Source: Candidatus Bathyarchaeia archaeon | Lineage (GTDB): Archaea; Thermoproteota; Bathyarchaeia; Bathyarchaeales; Bathycorpusculaceae | Reading direction: 5' to 3' | Length of the DNA stretch: 64,000 bases | Assembly: GCA_050010755.1 (NCBI GenBank) | Contig: JBEKKK010000001.1 | Coordinates: 1,248,001 to 1,312,000 of the forward strand | Shown: positions 1 through 9,786 of the stretch, piece after piece | How the letters are laid out: every line of letters starts with the position of its first letter | Position numbering within the stretch: the first letter of the stretch is position 1 | Made by a program: the position numbers and the translations under genes | Notes under the pieces: model-generated | What the model saw: the letters and a program-made list of their open reading frames with translations, nothing else | What the model was told of the DNA's origin: nothing | Databases searched by the model: none

Positions 1-1
1 A

Positions 2-181
2 GCAGCAACCAAAATAAACAAGGCAACTGGGTCACGGCATACCATTTATTTGAGAACCGAGTTACTCAACGACAGTAAATTTCCTTTCAAAATAGGGCAG
101 CAATTGATAATTAGAATAGATGGCGATCGGTTGATCGTTGAAGCCAGCAAACCAAAAGAGCGTGATAGAGAAAATGAATAA
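2..181 (+). CDS. AbrB/MazE-like small DNA-binding protein (5' truncated)
   Basis: Hand translation AATKINKATGSRHTIYLRTELLNDSKFPFKIGQQLIIRIDGDRLIVE...*; swapped-hairpin pattern (IYL..ELL.DS.FPFK.G..L.I.I.GD.LIV); not in the ORF track. Confidence 0.6.
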   Translation, partial: AATKINKATGSRHTIYLRTELLNDSKFPFKIGQQLIIRIDGDRLIVEASKPKERDRENE

Positions 182-190
182 ACGTCAGCG

Positions 191-1372
191 ATGGTTTATT
201 ACTGTGTCGATTTACCAAGACTGGGGGGACTAAGATTGCTTTCGGGGCCTCACTCTACATACGTTACCAAATTTGAGTCAAGAAAGAACTTCATGCTGCA
301 TCTAGAGAGCATGATGATTGCTGCACAGGAGAAAGAAGAGGAAGAAGAACTTGAGGAAGAGACACGTGGCCATCCAACAGAATTGAAGACGTATTATATG
401 GAGACCAACAGCGGTTTGCCAAAAACATTGGAAACATCTCCTCTGAAAGTCTTTCCTATTGCCACGACTCTCTCAGATGTCAATGTACTTCGATTAGAAC
501 ATGGTAAACATTCAGCAATATTCTACTTGGATGCGGCAGATCCACGTTTCTTGCTGTTATACACGAACGGTGTTGCAACGACAACTGATAGACTTTTCAG
601 GTATCTTGTTGAAACTCCAGCAAACAGATTTGACAGGATTTGGCTGCCATCAAAGACTCAAGAGAAAATATCGCACTATTCAGGTAATGCTTTTACAGGT
701 TTTGGTCTATTGTTCGATGACCTTTTCGTTGCCCACGACACAAGGAATGTGCCTATTGGTGAGTTATCAATGAGCGTTTCTGGAGTCAGTTCCTCCAGAG
801 CTCTTGATGCTCTCAACAGTGATAAGACTTTGAAAAAGGCTGTCTGTTATTCGAAGATACGTGTTGAAAGGGGGAGCGAAGAATCATATGTTGCTGATGA
901 AATCAAATACAATGGCAGAATAATTACTAAAATTGGACAGTCGATTGACGATCATGTTAGCCTTGTGGAAATCATTAGGAAGGAATACAGAGGTCTGATT
1001 GAAAACATTGAAAGGAACAGTCTGGGCACGAAAGAGGTTGAAGGAAGAACGCTTGTTGAAGGAGAGGCGTTTGAACTTGAACTGAATCGAGAAATTCTAG
1101 ACTTGGACAGATTCGCGGAACGACTCGCAGATGGTGATAGACCGTTCAGATTATGGGGAATGGTAAACAACATTTCAAGAGATATGCGCCAAGTCATCGG
1201 ATTAGATTTGCATACTGGTGACTCTATCAATCTTGAAATCATGCCCTCTCTAATTAGAGTCTATATTCCCAGAGGCGGTTGTGGCAACACTGTTTTGAGG
1301 CTCTGGGTGAATCTTCAACATAGTTTTGACTCAGAAGTAAAACTCAATGAGGAGACCGATTTTGCAGCCTAG
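191..1372 (+). CDS. Hypothetical protein, putative partner of the downstream nuclease
   Basis: 393-aa ORF, AT-rich, C-terminal motif-like block PFRLWG..DLHTG..CGNTVLRL..NLQH; overlaps the next ORF. Confidence 0.75.
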   Translation: MVYYCVDLPRLGGLRLLSGPHSTYVTKFESRKNFMLHLESMMIAAQEKEEEEELEEETRGHPTELKTYYMETNSGLPKTLETSPLKVFPIATTLSDVNVLRLEHGKHSAIFYLDAADPRFLLLYTNGVATTTDRLFRYLVETPANRFDRIWLPSKTQEKISHYSGNAFTGFGLLFDDLFVAHDTRNVPIGELSMSVSGVSSSRALDALNSDKTLKKAVCYSKIRVERGSEESYVADEIKYNGRIITKIGQSIDDHVSLVEIIRKEYRGLIENIERNSLGTKEVEGRTLVEGEAFELELNREILDLDRFAERLADGDRPFRLWGMVNNISRDMRQVIGLDLHTGDSINLEIMPSLIRVYIPRGGCGNTVLRLWVNLQHSFDSEVKLNEETDFAA

Positions 1373-2240
1373 TTTACATACCAAACTCATGAATTGCATA
1401 ATCGGAATGTGTAAGAGAGATAAGAAATGGATTACAGTTTTGCGTGAACTTGGCTACCAACCATATCTGATCGAACAGAGTATTAGGACATCAAGTGGTT
1501 CAAAAGTCAAAACGGACATAATTGCATCATCCGCACAATTGATACACTCTCTTGTTTTTGAAGTTAAAGGCGGGATTACTATTCAACAGGATCAACTAGA
1601 GAGATATGCTATGATTGATCCAGAAGATTTGTACAGATGGGTAGCACTTCCCGCGTTCACACGTCAAACTTTTCGATTCGACTGGTGCATAAGTGATTGG
1701 GAAGAAAATCACCCAATAATTGCGGCCTTGGTCAAAGATGTTCCAATCATTACTTTCGGCACAGAGCATATTGAAAAAACTGGCCAATTCCACAATCCTC
1801 GGCTTAACAGCGTGTTTAATCAACCGATTAGTCTAATTGGCAAATCGGCACCTACGCTATACTATCCTTTCAGTGAATATGACCCGCAAGCCTACATTGC
1901 GCGTTTTGTCATTCAAGGTTTGCTCCAAGTTGCATCTAAGAAACCAAGGAACGAAATCAGCGTTTTTGACGAAAATCTAATCACACGGGACGAAATACTG
2001 AAGTATATCTTTAATCCTGTTTTTGATGCCTTGTCAAAAGACCATCAGGGACATTTGAAGGATAAGATCAAAGAAGTGGTTCGCTGGATTATGGCAGATC
2101 AGAAGATGAAAGAGGCTTTTGGTTCGATTGAACAACGAGGCGGTTATAAGCTTAAACGACCTCTTGACAAACTCCGAAAGGCATCAAACCAATTTTTGGC
2201 TAACCTAGAAACCCAAGGAAAATTGGATACATTTCTCTAA
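1347..2240 (+). CDS. Putative PD-(D/E)xK nuclease
   Basis: E...KTDII...VFEVKGG..QxxRY motif arrangement in the N-terminal half; helical C-terminus. Confidence 0.6.
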   Translation: MRRPILQPSLHTKLMNCIIGMCKRDKKWITVLRELGYQPYLIEQSIRTSSGSKVKTDIIASSAQLIHSLVFEVKGGITIQQDQLERYAMIDPEDLYRWVALPAFTRQTFRFDWCISDWEENHPIIAALVKDVPIITFGTEHIEKTGQFHNPRLNSVFNQPISLIGKSAPTLYYPFSEYDPQAYIARFVIQGLLQVASKKPRNEISVFDENLITRDEILKYIFNPVFDALSKDHQGHLKDKIKEVVRWIMADQKMKEAFGSIEQRGGYKLKRPLDKLRKASNQFLANLETQGKLDTFL

Positions 2241-2394
2241 AAATCCACCCACCAACAAAAAGCCCCTTTGGTTAACATGAACACTTTCAAGCCCATGAAA
2301 GACCCGAAGAGTTAACAGAATCTCTTTTTGAAACCTTTATTAGCATGATAACCTGGAAAAATAAATCGCAAACATAATTCAGAAACGCGTTGGC

Positions 2395-3045
2395 ATGTCT
2401 ATGAAAAGTCGGTATGCATGTGCAAGATGTGGGGTGGTGAAATGTTTCTATTCTGGCGTAGAAGCTAATTATCCAAGTTTCTGTCCTCATGAAAACCTAA
2501 AGGATACTGTGAAGACTAGTATCGAAGAAGGATGGAAGAACCCTGAGAACCGCAGGATAAACGAAGCCTATGAAGCAGTTTTGAAAAAAGGCGGCTATGC
2601 AAGCGGTAATTACTCTTGGTGTAGAATTAAAGAAATAATCGAGTTCTGCAAACAACTCGGCTACAAGAAGCTAGGGCTCGGTTTCTGCGTCGGTTTGAGG
2701 GATGAAGCTCGTATACTCACAGACATATTGGAAAAGAACGGGTTTGAGGTAGTCTCAGTCGGATGCATGGCGGGAGCCCCTGCACTCGGTGAAGTTGGAT
2801 TTGGAGAATACCGAGGTGCTTCTACTAAAGCATGCAATCCGATCATGCAGGCAAAAGTTCTCAACAAAGAAAAAACAGAACTGAATATCATGCTTGGCCT
2901 CTGCGTCGGACATGACATACTATTCATAAAATACTCAAAAGCAGGCGTTACACCATTGATCGTAAAAGACATGGCATTGGCTCATAACCCAGCAGCTGCG
3001 TTGTACGTGAGCCAAAGCTACTACAAGAAACAACTTTTTCCATAG
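2395..3045 (+). CDS. DUF1847-family metal-binding protein
   Basis: CARC..C..FCP, GFCVGL, CNPIMQA, GLCVGHD, LAHNP motifs. Confidence 0.85.
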   Translation: MSMKSRYACARCGVVKCFYSGVEANYPSFCPHENLKDTVKTSIEEGWKNPENRRINEAYEAVLKKGGYASGNYSWCRIKEIIEFCKQLGYKKLGLGFCVGLRDEARILTDILEKNGFEVVSVGCMAGAPALGEVGFGEYRGASTKACNPIMQAKVLNKEKTELNIMLGLCVGHDILFIKYSKAGVTPLIVKDMALAHNPAAALYVSQSYYKKQLFP

Positions 3046-3119
3046 TCGATAACACTTCGCGCACGAACCAGGCGAAAGGCTATTCTCTGATTCTTGCACA
3101 GCTTTGTTTTGCGAGTTGG

Positions 3120-3676
3120 TTGACTTTGGGCAAGGCGGACATGGTTCTGAAGGGAATTGAGGCAATAGCCGAAAAAGAGTCCCTGCCAATAATAGGACGA
3201 GACAGGGGACAAGTTCTCATCAAAGTCATACGCCAAACAAGACCCAGAAGGATACTTGAAATCGGAACCTTGGTTGGTTACTCAACGATTAAGATGGCAA
3301 AAGAACTTGACGCAAAGGCGTGTTTGACTACGATTGAAACCCACTCTGGTAGAGCCAAACTGGCACGCGAAAACATAGAAAAAGCAGATGTTCGCCCAAA
3401 AATAGACGTGATCGTAGGCGACGCCATCAAAGTCATTCCGAAGCTGACTGAAAATTCCACATAGTCTTCATCGACGCTGCCAAGGAAGAATATTTCGACT
3501 ATCTGAAGATGGTCGAAAAAAAGCTCCACAAGGGAAGCGTAATCGTCGCGGACAACGTTGGAGTCTTGACAGATCAAATGAAAGAATATCTAGACTACGT
3601 AAGGTCATCACGCAATTACAAGAGCGAATACATACCCTTCGGAAAAGACGGAGTCGAAGTAAGCGTAAAGCTATAG
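3120..3676 (+). pseudogene. Class I SAM-dependent O-methyltransferase, frameshifted near 3452
   Basis: ILEIGTLVGYS motif I; reading continues in another frame as FHIVFIDAAKEEYFDYLK...VIVADNVG...DGVEVSVKL* after the GAAAATTC run. Confidence 0.8.
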
Positions 3677-3737
3677 CGCACGCTGGACGCTAAAACCTCC
3701 TGCAAAACCACAAAAGGCAATCAGGGCTCTCTGACCG

Positions 3738-4198
3738 TTTTCGGAACAAGCATTGTCGCCATCATCGCGGTTTACACTGCAACATTACGCTGCAACATTA
3801 CAACGGATGTAAAGAAAAAAAGAGAAAGGAGCACGCTCATTCGGTGAAATCGAAATCCAACGTGCACTCAACCTAAACTCACGCAGAGAGGCCGACCTTA
3901 ACGCGCGCGCCATTTTCAACTTTTTTCGGAACACTGCACGATACGTGGAGATTTACGCTTACACATTACAAAGCAACATTACATCTGACGTAAAGAAAAA
4001 AAGGGGAGGGGACACCCTTCACCATAGAAATCTAGCATAACGTAAGACGCAAACCCGAAGAAAAGACGCGACCTCAACTCGCCAGCACCAAGTTTCAGCC
4101 TTTTTCGGAACACGCACGCGCAACATGGAAATCTTACATTGCAACATTACACGGCAACATTACATCTGATGTGTGTGAAAAAAAGGGAGGGGGGCACC
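3738..4198 (+). repeat. Triple tandem array (181-bp period) of a ~100-120-bp non-coding element
   Basis: Cores start at 3772, 3953, 4134: TTTTCGGAACA...TTACANNGCAACA x2, TTACATCTGAYGTAA-like dyad, AGAAAAAAAGGGRAGGGG. Confidence 0.9.
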
Positions 4199-4343
4199 CA
4201 CAGCGGTAAACCAGAGCGCGCGCTGGTGGGTAGCTCTTTTGATTCCGAGTATTGATTGTTTGTTCATAACTCTTTAAGGCGTGCTCCATTCATCATGTGT
4301 AATTCAATGCGTCGCATTACCCGTAGGCATAGATGGGGACAAG

Positions 4344-7070
4344 ATGAACGAAACTGTTGTGCAGTCTCAGGAGAAGCCAGTTCTTGACTTGAATGAGAAA
4401 ATCCGGGTGTTGCTTGTAGATGATGATCGTAGTCTTCTGAAGATTGCCAAACAGTGTCTGGAGATGGAAGCGCCCCTCCAGGTTGACACTTCTCTTTCTG
4501 TTGAAGAAGCACTCAAAAAGCTGGATGAGGAGAAGTATGATGTCATAATTTCAGACTATCAAATGCCCGCTAAAGATGGTCTGGAATTTCTCAAAGAACT
4601 GAGAGCAAAGGACAACAAAATTCCCTTCATAATGTTTACCGGCAAAGGCAGAGAGGAAGTCGCAATAAAGGCCCTCAACCTGGGAGCCAGCCAGTACCTC
4701 AACAAATTGGGGGAGACAGATGCCGTTTACGCCGAGCTGGCTCACAGCATCACAGAACTAGCAAAAACCAGAAAGGCTGAAGAAAAACAATGCGAATCAG
4801 AAGAGAAACTCCGCATCACCGAGGGCAAGCGGGCTGAAGAGGCCCTCAAGGTTTCGGAAGAAAGGTACAGGAGTCTTTTTGAGAACTCCAAAGCACTCAT
4901 GGTCACGTATGATTTGAACGGGAACGTAACCGCAGTGAACAAAGTTGCTGCCGATTATGGCTTTTGCAGTAAAGAAAACATTGGCAAAAACATGCTGGAA
5001 TTTGCTCCTCAAAAAGAAGTGCCAAGACTACGCAAGGAAGTTGAGGAAATTATTCAGGGAAAATCCGTTGAAAGCGAAATCGAAATAGACACTCCGAAAG
5101 GGAAGAGGACACTCGAGTACATTTCCAGTCCTATAAGAGAAAGAGGGGCTATCGTTGGCATTCACGGATCTTATAAAGATGTCACTGAGAGCAGGAGAGC
5201 AGCGGAGGCTCTTAGGGTTTCGGAGGAAAAGTACAAGCATCTAACGGAAGAATTGCAGCGTTTCTCAACTGCCGTTAGAGCATCTGTCGATGGTGTTGTC
5301 ATCAGCGATATGGAAGGAAAAATAATCGAAGTGAACCTTGCGGCCTTAAAGTTGTACGGCGCCAACAAAGAAAAAGACTTGACAGGAAAGAGCTCTCTTG
5401 ATCTGGTGGTCTCTGAGGAAAGAGAGAAACTCGTACTGAACATGAAGGAAACTGAGGAAAAAGGATGCGCTGGTGCCCTGGAAATCACTGCTGTCACCCT
5501 TGGTGGCAAGAGAATTCCGGTGGAAATCACGGCCACTCTGGTAAGGGATAGCGATGGCCTTTCAGTGGGCTTTCTGAACATCCTCCGAGACTTGACTGAG
5601 GCCAAGAATCAACGGAGACTGCTGGATGAGAGTCAACAAAAGTTTGCAGGCTTGTTCACCGGGAACCCAGAGGCGACAGCGTATGTCGACGTTGACATGA
5701 GGGTTTTGGACGTTAATCCCCGTTTTGAAAGCTTGTTCGGATACTCACTTGACGACATTAGAGGTAGGCACATCCAAGACGTGATCGTACCGGAGAATCT
5801 GCTTGAAGAGGGGAGGAGGTTGAGTGAGAAGGCTGCGATGGGGTACGTCTACCATGACACCTTGAGAAAGAAGAAAGATGGATCGTTGATTCCTGTCTCA
5901 GTCTCCGCCGCGCCAATTAGAGTTCACGACAAGCTGATAGGCTACGTGTGGCTCTACAAGGACATTTCTCAACAGAAACTTGTAGAAGAGTCTCTGAAAG
6001 AAAGCGAGGAAAGATTCAGGGCGTTGTTCGCTGGCGGTCCTGAAGCATCAGTCTATCTCAGTCCCGATTTCTATATACAGGATATTAACCGTCGCTTCGA
6101 ACAAGTCTTCGGATACTCTTTGGCTGAAATCAAAGGAAAACGACTCGACGACGTCATCGTTCAAGATAGCAAAAAAGAGGAAGCAGGGATGCTGAATGAA
6201 AAGGCGGTAGGTGGATATGTATATCACGAAACTGTGCGAAGACGGAAGGACGGCTCCTCTGTGCCAGTCTCAATATCGGCGGCCCCGATAGTGATCAAGG
6301 GCCAACTCTCAGGGACAGTTGGAACCTACAAGGATATTTCGGATTTGAGGAGCGCGCAGGTGAAGTTGGCTCTCATGAACGAGAAGCTGAGAGTCGTGGG
6401 TGGCCTGACGAGGCACGACATTAGGAATAAGCTTTCAGTCATTACTGGAAACACGTACTTGATGAAGAAGAAGCTGAAGGATCATCCTGAAGTCCTAGGC
6501 GGCTTCGAAGATATTGAGTTTGCAACTGCCGCTATCGTGGGGCTTCTGGAGTTTGCGAGAGATTACGAAAGGCTAGGCGTCGAAGAATTGAGTTATGTCG
6601 ACCTGGAAGATTCCATCGAAAAAGCTGTGTCGCTGTTCATGAGCAATGATCAAACGAAGATTGCGAACCATTGCCACGGTCTAACGGTGTTAGCCGACTC
6701 ATTGTTGAGCAAGCTCTTCTGCAATTTGATAGACAACTCTTTGAAGCACGGCGCCCACGTCACAATGATGGACATAAGCTGCGAAGAATCAGGGGATGCA
6801 TTGAGTTTGGTTTACGAGGATGACGGCGTGGGCATTGCTCAGGAGGAAAAGCCCAAACTGTTCAGCGAAGGATACACTACGGGCAACGGGTCAGGCTACG
6901 GACTCTACCTGATAAAAAAGATGATGGAAGCATACGGCTGGAATATACAGGAAACAGGGGTGCCCGGAAAAGGAGCACGATTTGTCATTGCAATTCCGAA
7001 ATTAAACCAACAGGGAAAAGAAAACTTCAGGCCCACCGACCACAAATCCTTGTTGACAAGCAAGTCTTAA
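4344..7070 (+). CDS. Hybrid REC-multi-PAS sensor histidine kinase
   Basis: N-terminal receiver (VLLVDDD, SDYQMP, FTGKG), about 4 PAS/PAC repeats, H-box RHDIRN, N/G boxes NLIDNSLKHG, DDGVGI, GSGYGLY. Confidence 0.95.
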   Translation: MNETVVQSQEKPVLDLNEKIRVLLVDDDRSLLKIAKQCLEMEAPLQVDTSLSVEEALKKLDEEKYDVIISDYQMPAKDGLEFLKELRAKDNKIPFIMFTGKGREEVAIKALNLGASQYLNKLGETDAVYAELAHSITELAKTRKAEEKQCESEEKLRITEGKRAEEALKVSEERYRSLFENSKALMVTYDLNGNVTAVNKVAADYGFCSKENIGKNMLEFAPQKEVPRLRKEVEEIIQGKSVESEIEIDTPKGKRTLEYISSPIRERGAIVGIHGSYKDVTESRRAAEALRVSEEKYKHLTEELQRFSTAVRASVDGVVISDMEGKIIEVNLAALKLYGANKEKDLTGKSSLDLVVSEEREKLVLNMKETEEKGCAGALEITAVTLGGKRIPVEITATLVRDSDGLSVGFLNILRDLTEAKNQRRLLDESQQKFAGLFTGNPEATAYVDVDMRVLDVNPRFESLFGYSLDDIRGRHIQDVIVPENLLEEGRRLSEKAAMGYVYHDTLRKKKDGSLIPVSVSAAPIRVHDKLIGYVWLYKDISQQKLVEESLKESEERFRALFAGGPEASVYLSPDFYIQDINRRFEQVFGYSLAEIKGKRLDDVIVQDSKKEEAGMLNEKAVGGYVYHETVRRRKDGSSVPVSISAAPIVIKGQLSGTVGTYKDISDLRSAQVKLALMNEKLRVVGGLTRHDIRNKLSVITGNTYLMKKKLKDHPEVLGGFEDIEFATAAIVGLLEFARDYERLGVEELSYVDLEDSIEKAVSLFMSNDQTKIANHCHGLTVLADSLLSKLFCNLIDNSLKHGAHVTMMDISCEESGDALSLVYEDDGVGIAQEEKPKLFSEGYTTGNGSGYGLYLIKKMMEAYGWNIQETGVPGKGARFVIAIPKLNQQGKENFRPTDHKSLLTSKS

Positions 7071-7111
7071 GCGAATAAAATCTATCGGATGCCACCGGGC
7101 CGTACATACCA

Positions 7112-7360
7112 GTGACTCAGGAAAAACCGAGCAAAAAACCATTGCGATTGGCGCCTCGAAAGCCGTGCTTCAATATTCGTCTCTCTTCCAAATGTTGTAG
7201 GGGCATTGTCTCCAACAGTAAGTGCCCGCTTTGTAGATACAATTTTGACATTCGAGTCTGTCAAACCGTCTACGCCTACTCACAAACAGACTCCCCAATA
7301 CTCATATCAACAATCTCCCTCATTAAGCCTTGGATTGCGTTTCGATTCAACGATGATTGA
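7112..7360 (+). CDS. Possible small Cys-rich protein
   Basis: 82-aa ORF with C..CC..CPLC..C; may be spurious. Confidence 0.3.
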   Translation: MTQEKPSKKPLRLAPRKPCFNIRLSSKCCRGIVSNSKCPLCRYNFDIRVCQTVYAYSQTDSPILISTISLIKPWIAFRFNDD

Positions 7361-7614
7361 CCAAAGATCTGCAGCCTTAGTGCGTCAACGAGCCCTTGAC
7401 CAACATTTCTGCCAGTTGAGGCTAATTCTTCTTGGTTTGGGTTCAAGAGAATTTGGCGAGAACAATGAGGGGATAATCGCACACACGAGTCATGTACGCG
7501 CCTTAAAGCTCCGTTTGAGTTGCGTTCTATTCGCGGACAAACGCAAAAAAAACTGAAATTGTTGATTTGTGGCTTTTGTTGGTCGAGCGGATGTTTCAGA
7601 AGCAGAATCTGGAA

Positions 7615-8307
7615 CTAGTAATATTTTTTCAGTGGATTTCGCTGATCCGTTGCCAGTTTCACTTGTGGAGGGATTAGTATGCCTTGCCAGTCTGCCTTGG
7701 CGATGCGCTTTCTGTGGCTTCGGATGTTGATGCTATGGATGTGAAGGGCGTAGGACATTGCGCGGTCTTGGGGGTTCTCGATCTGGAGCATCTGTCTCAG
7801 GCTGAGGTGCTCAAAGATCCTGCGGATTGGGCGTAAAGAGTTGCCGTGGCAGGATACGGCCACGTTGCCTGGGTTCCGTTGGAGCCATTGTTCAAGCTGC
7901 ACTATGAAGGGCAAGGTCCTGTTTTCGACCATCTTCAGGCTTTCTCCATCAGGAGGCGGAAAGTTGTAGCCTCTGTGAACCTTGGCAAAGTATTCTGGTC
8001 TTTCCTCGGCAAGCTTTCTTTTGCTTTTGCCCTGAAGCAAGCCGTAGCAACGCTCGATGAGACGGTCATCCGTGAAAACTGGGATAGCTGGATGTGCCTC
8101 AAGAACTATTTCAAGGGTTTTCCGGGCTCTTTTGAGGTGGGAAGTGAAAGCATAGTCGATCTTCTCTCGGTTCAGTTGGTTTGAAATCTCACGTGCTTGT
8201 GAAATGCCTTTCGAAGTGAGTTTTGCGTCCCGCCACCCTGAGAATATTTCGCGACTGTTGTCAGTCGTTTCGGCATGCCTGAAGACGAGCAACTTGCAAA
8301 TCATCAT
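7615..8307 (-). CDS. gpmA: 2,3-BPG-dependent phosphoglycerate mutase / histidine phosphatase
   Basis: RHAET, FSGW.D..LT, ERCYGLLQG, PPDGESL, SCHGNSLR. Confidence 0.8.
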   Translation of the reverse strand: MMICKLLVFRHAETTDNSREIFSGWRDAKLTSKGISQAREISNQLNREKIDYAFTSHLKRARKTLEIVLEAHPAIPVFTDDRLIERCYGLLQGKSKRKLAEERPEYFAKVHRGYNFPPPDGESLKMVENRTLPFIVQLEQWLQRNPGNVAVSCHGNSLRPIRRIFEHLSLRQMLQIENPQDRAMSYALHIHSINIRSHRKRIAKADWQGILIPPQVKLATDQRNPLKKYY

Positions 8308-8412
8308 GATATCCTCCTCGAGTCAGTTTGGCGACTGCATGCAGCCTTTGTTGAACCGACCTAGCGCATGAACGATTGGAGAAGCAGTGGTCACATGTGT
8401 TATCTGCGCGCG

Positions 8413-9600
8413 CTATGACAATCCTGCATCTTTCTTGAGGGTTTCCGCTTTGTCGGTTCTTTCCCATGTGAAGTCGGGGTCGTCTCTTCCAAAGTGGCCG
8501 AACACGGCGGTTTTCCTGTATATTGGTCTCAGTAAGTTGAGGTGCGCTATGATTGCCTTGGGTCTCATGTCGAAGTGTTTTTTTATCAATTCTAGAACTT
8601 TTTCGTCGGATATTTTTCCAGTTCCGAACGTGTTGACCATCAGGGAAACTGGCTGGGCCACACCGATTGCGTATGACATTTGAATTTCGCATTGATCTGC
8701 CAGACCCGCCGCGACGATGTTCTTTGCGATGTATCTTGCCATGTAGCAGCCTGATCTGTCAACTTTTGACGGATCTTTTCCCGAGAAACATCCTCCACCA
8801 TGGCTTCCGACGCCTCCGTAAGTGTCAACGATGATTTTTCTTCCCGTCAGTCCTGAGTCTGCTAAGGTTCCTCCGACAACGAACCTTCCTGTTTCATTGA
8901 CGAAATATTTTGTTTCTTTGTCCAGCATGGTTGAAGGTATGACCTTCTTTATGACGTGGTTTATTATGTCTCTTCTCATCTTTTCTCTGCTAACTTTAGG
9001 AGTGTGTTGAGCAGCTATAACCACGGCTGCCACTCTTCTCGGTTTTCTATCGACGTATTCCACCGTGACCTGTGACTTTCCATCAGGTCTAAGATAGGGT
9101 ATAATCTTCTTGGTCCTGCATTCTGACAGTCTTCTCACGAGGCTGTGCGCCAGCATTATTGGTAAGGGCATCAGCTCCTTTGTCTCGTTCGTCGCGTAAC
9201 CGAAGACCATCCCTTGATCTCCAGCTCCTTGCTCATGAGATTCGGTCTCGACGACTCCCATCGCAATGTCCGGAGACTGCTCCGTTATCGAGACTAGAAC
9301 GCCGCAGGTTTCCCAGTCCATGCCGTCTTTGGCGTTGTCCAATCCTATTTCCTTCAGCGTTTTTCTTGCGATGCTGGGAATGTCTACGTAGCAGGAGGTT
9401 GTAATTTGCCCGGTGACTACCACGTTTCCCTGCATCACCAGCGTTTCGCAGTCAACTCTTGCTTTAGGATCTTTGCAGAAGACGGCATCGAGTACGGCAT
9501 CTGAAATCTGGTCGGCAACCTTATCTGGATGACCCTCTGCCACGGATTCCGAAGTGAACTGATACTTTCCGTCTTTTAACATATGAATCATCGATTGCAA
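8413..9600 (-). CDS. metK: Methionine adenosyltransferase, bacterial/eukaryotic type
   Basis: [54 protein letters not shown]. Confidence 0.97.
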   Translation of the reverse strand: MQSMIHMLKDGKYQFTSESVAEGHPDKVADQISDAVLDAVFCKDPKARVDCETLVMQGNVVVTGQITTSCYVDIPSIARKTLKEIGLDNAKDGMDWETCGVLVSITEQSPDIAMGVVETESHEQGAGDQGMVFGYATNETKELMPLPIMLAHSLVRRLSECRTKKIIPYLRPDGKSQVTVEYVDRKPRRVAAVVIAAQHTPKVSREKMRRDIINHVIKKVIPSTMLDKETKYFVNETGRFVVGGTLADSGLTGRKIIVDTYGGVGSHGGGCFSGKDPSKVDRSGCYMARYIAKNIVAAGLADQCEIQMSYAIGVAQPVSLMVNTFGTGKISDEKVLELIKKHFDMRPKAIIAHLNLLRPIYRKTAVFGHFGRDDPDFTWERTDKAETLKKDAGLS

Positions 9601-9786
9601 ACGTCAAAGTTGAACGTTACGATCTCGCATTCTTATCTTAAGAAACTTTCCCTGAGGACGAGCCATGGTGCATCGCCATAACACTTTTGACGCGCCTTTC
9701 AGATTTACAGACTGGAAAAGAAATCGTTGAAGCGAATTCTAACACATGAAAGCAGGTGGGAATATAAAAAATTGGGGGAGGGTTGT

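Noticed and set aside
3738-4198. CRISPR array
   Set aside because: Units are ~100 bp, degenerate, with ~80-bp linkers; single dispersed copies exist and no cas genes are present
3738-4198. Definitive oriC call
   Set aside because: No cdc6/orc1 or clear AT-rich unwinding element, the motif differs from the canonical ORB (TTCCAGTGGAAAC), and there are too many dispersed copies; kept only as a hypothesis
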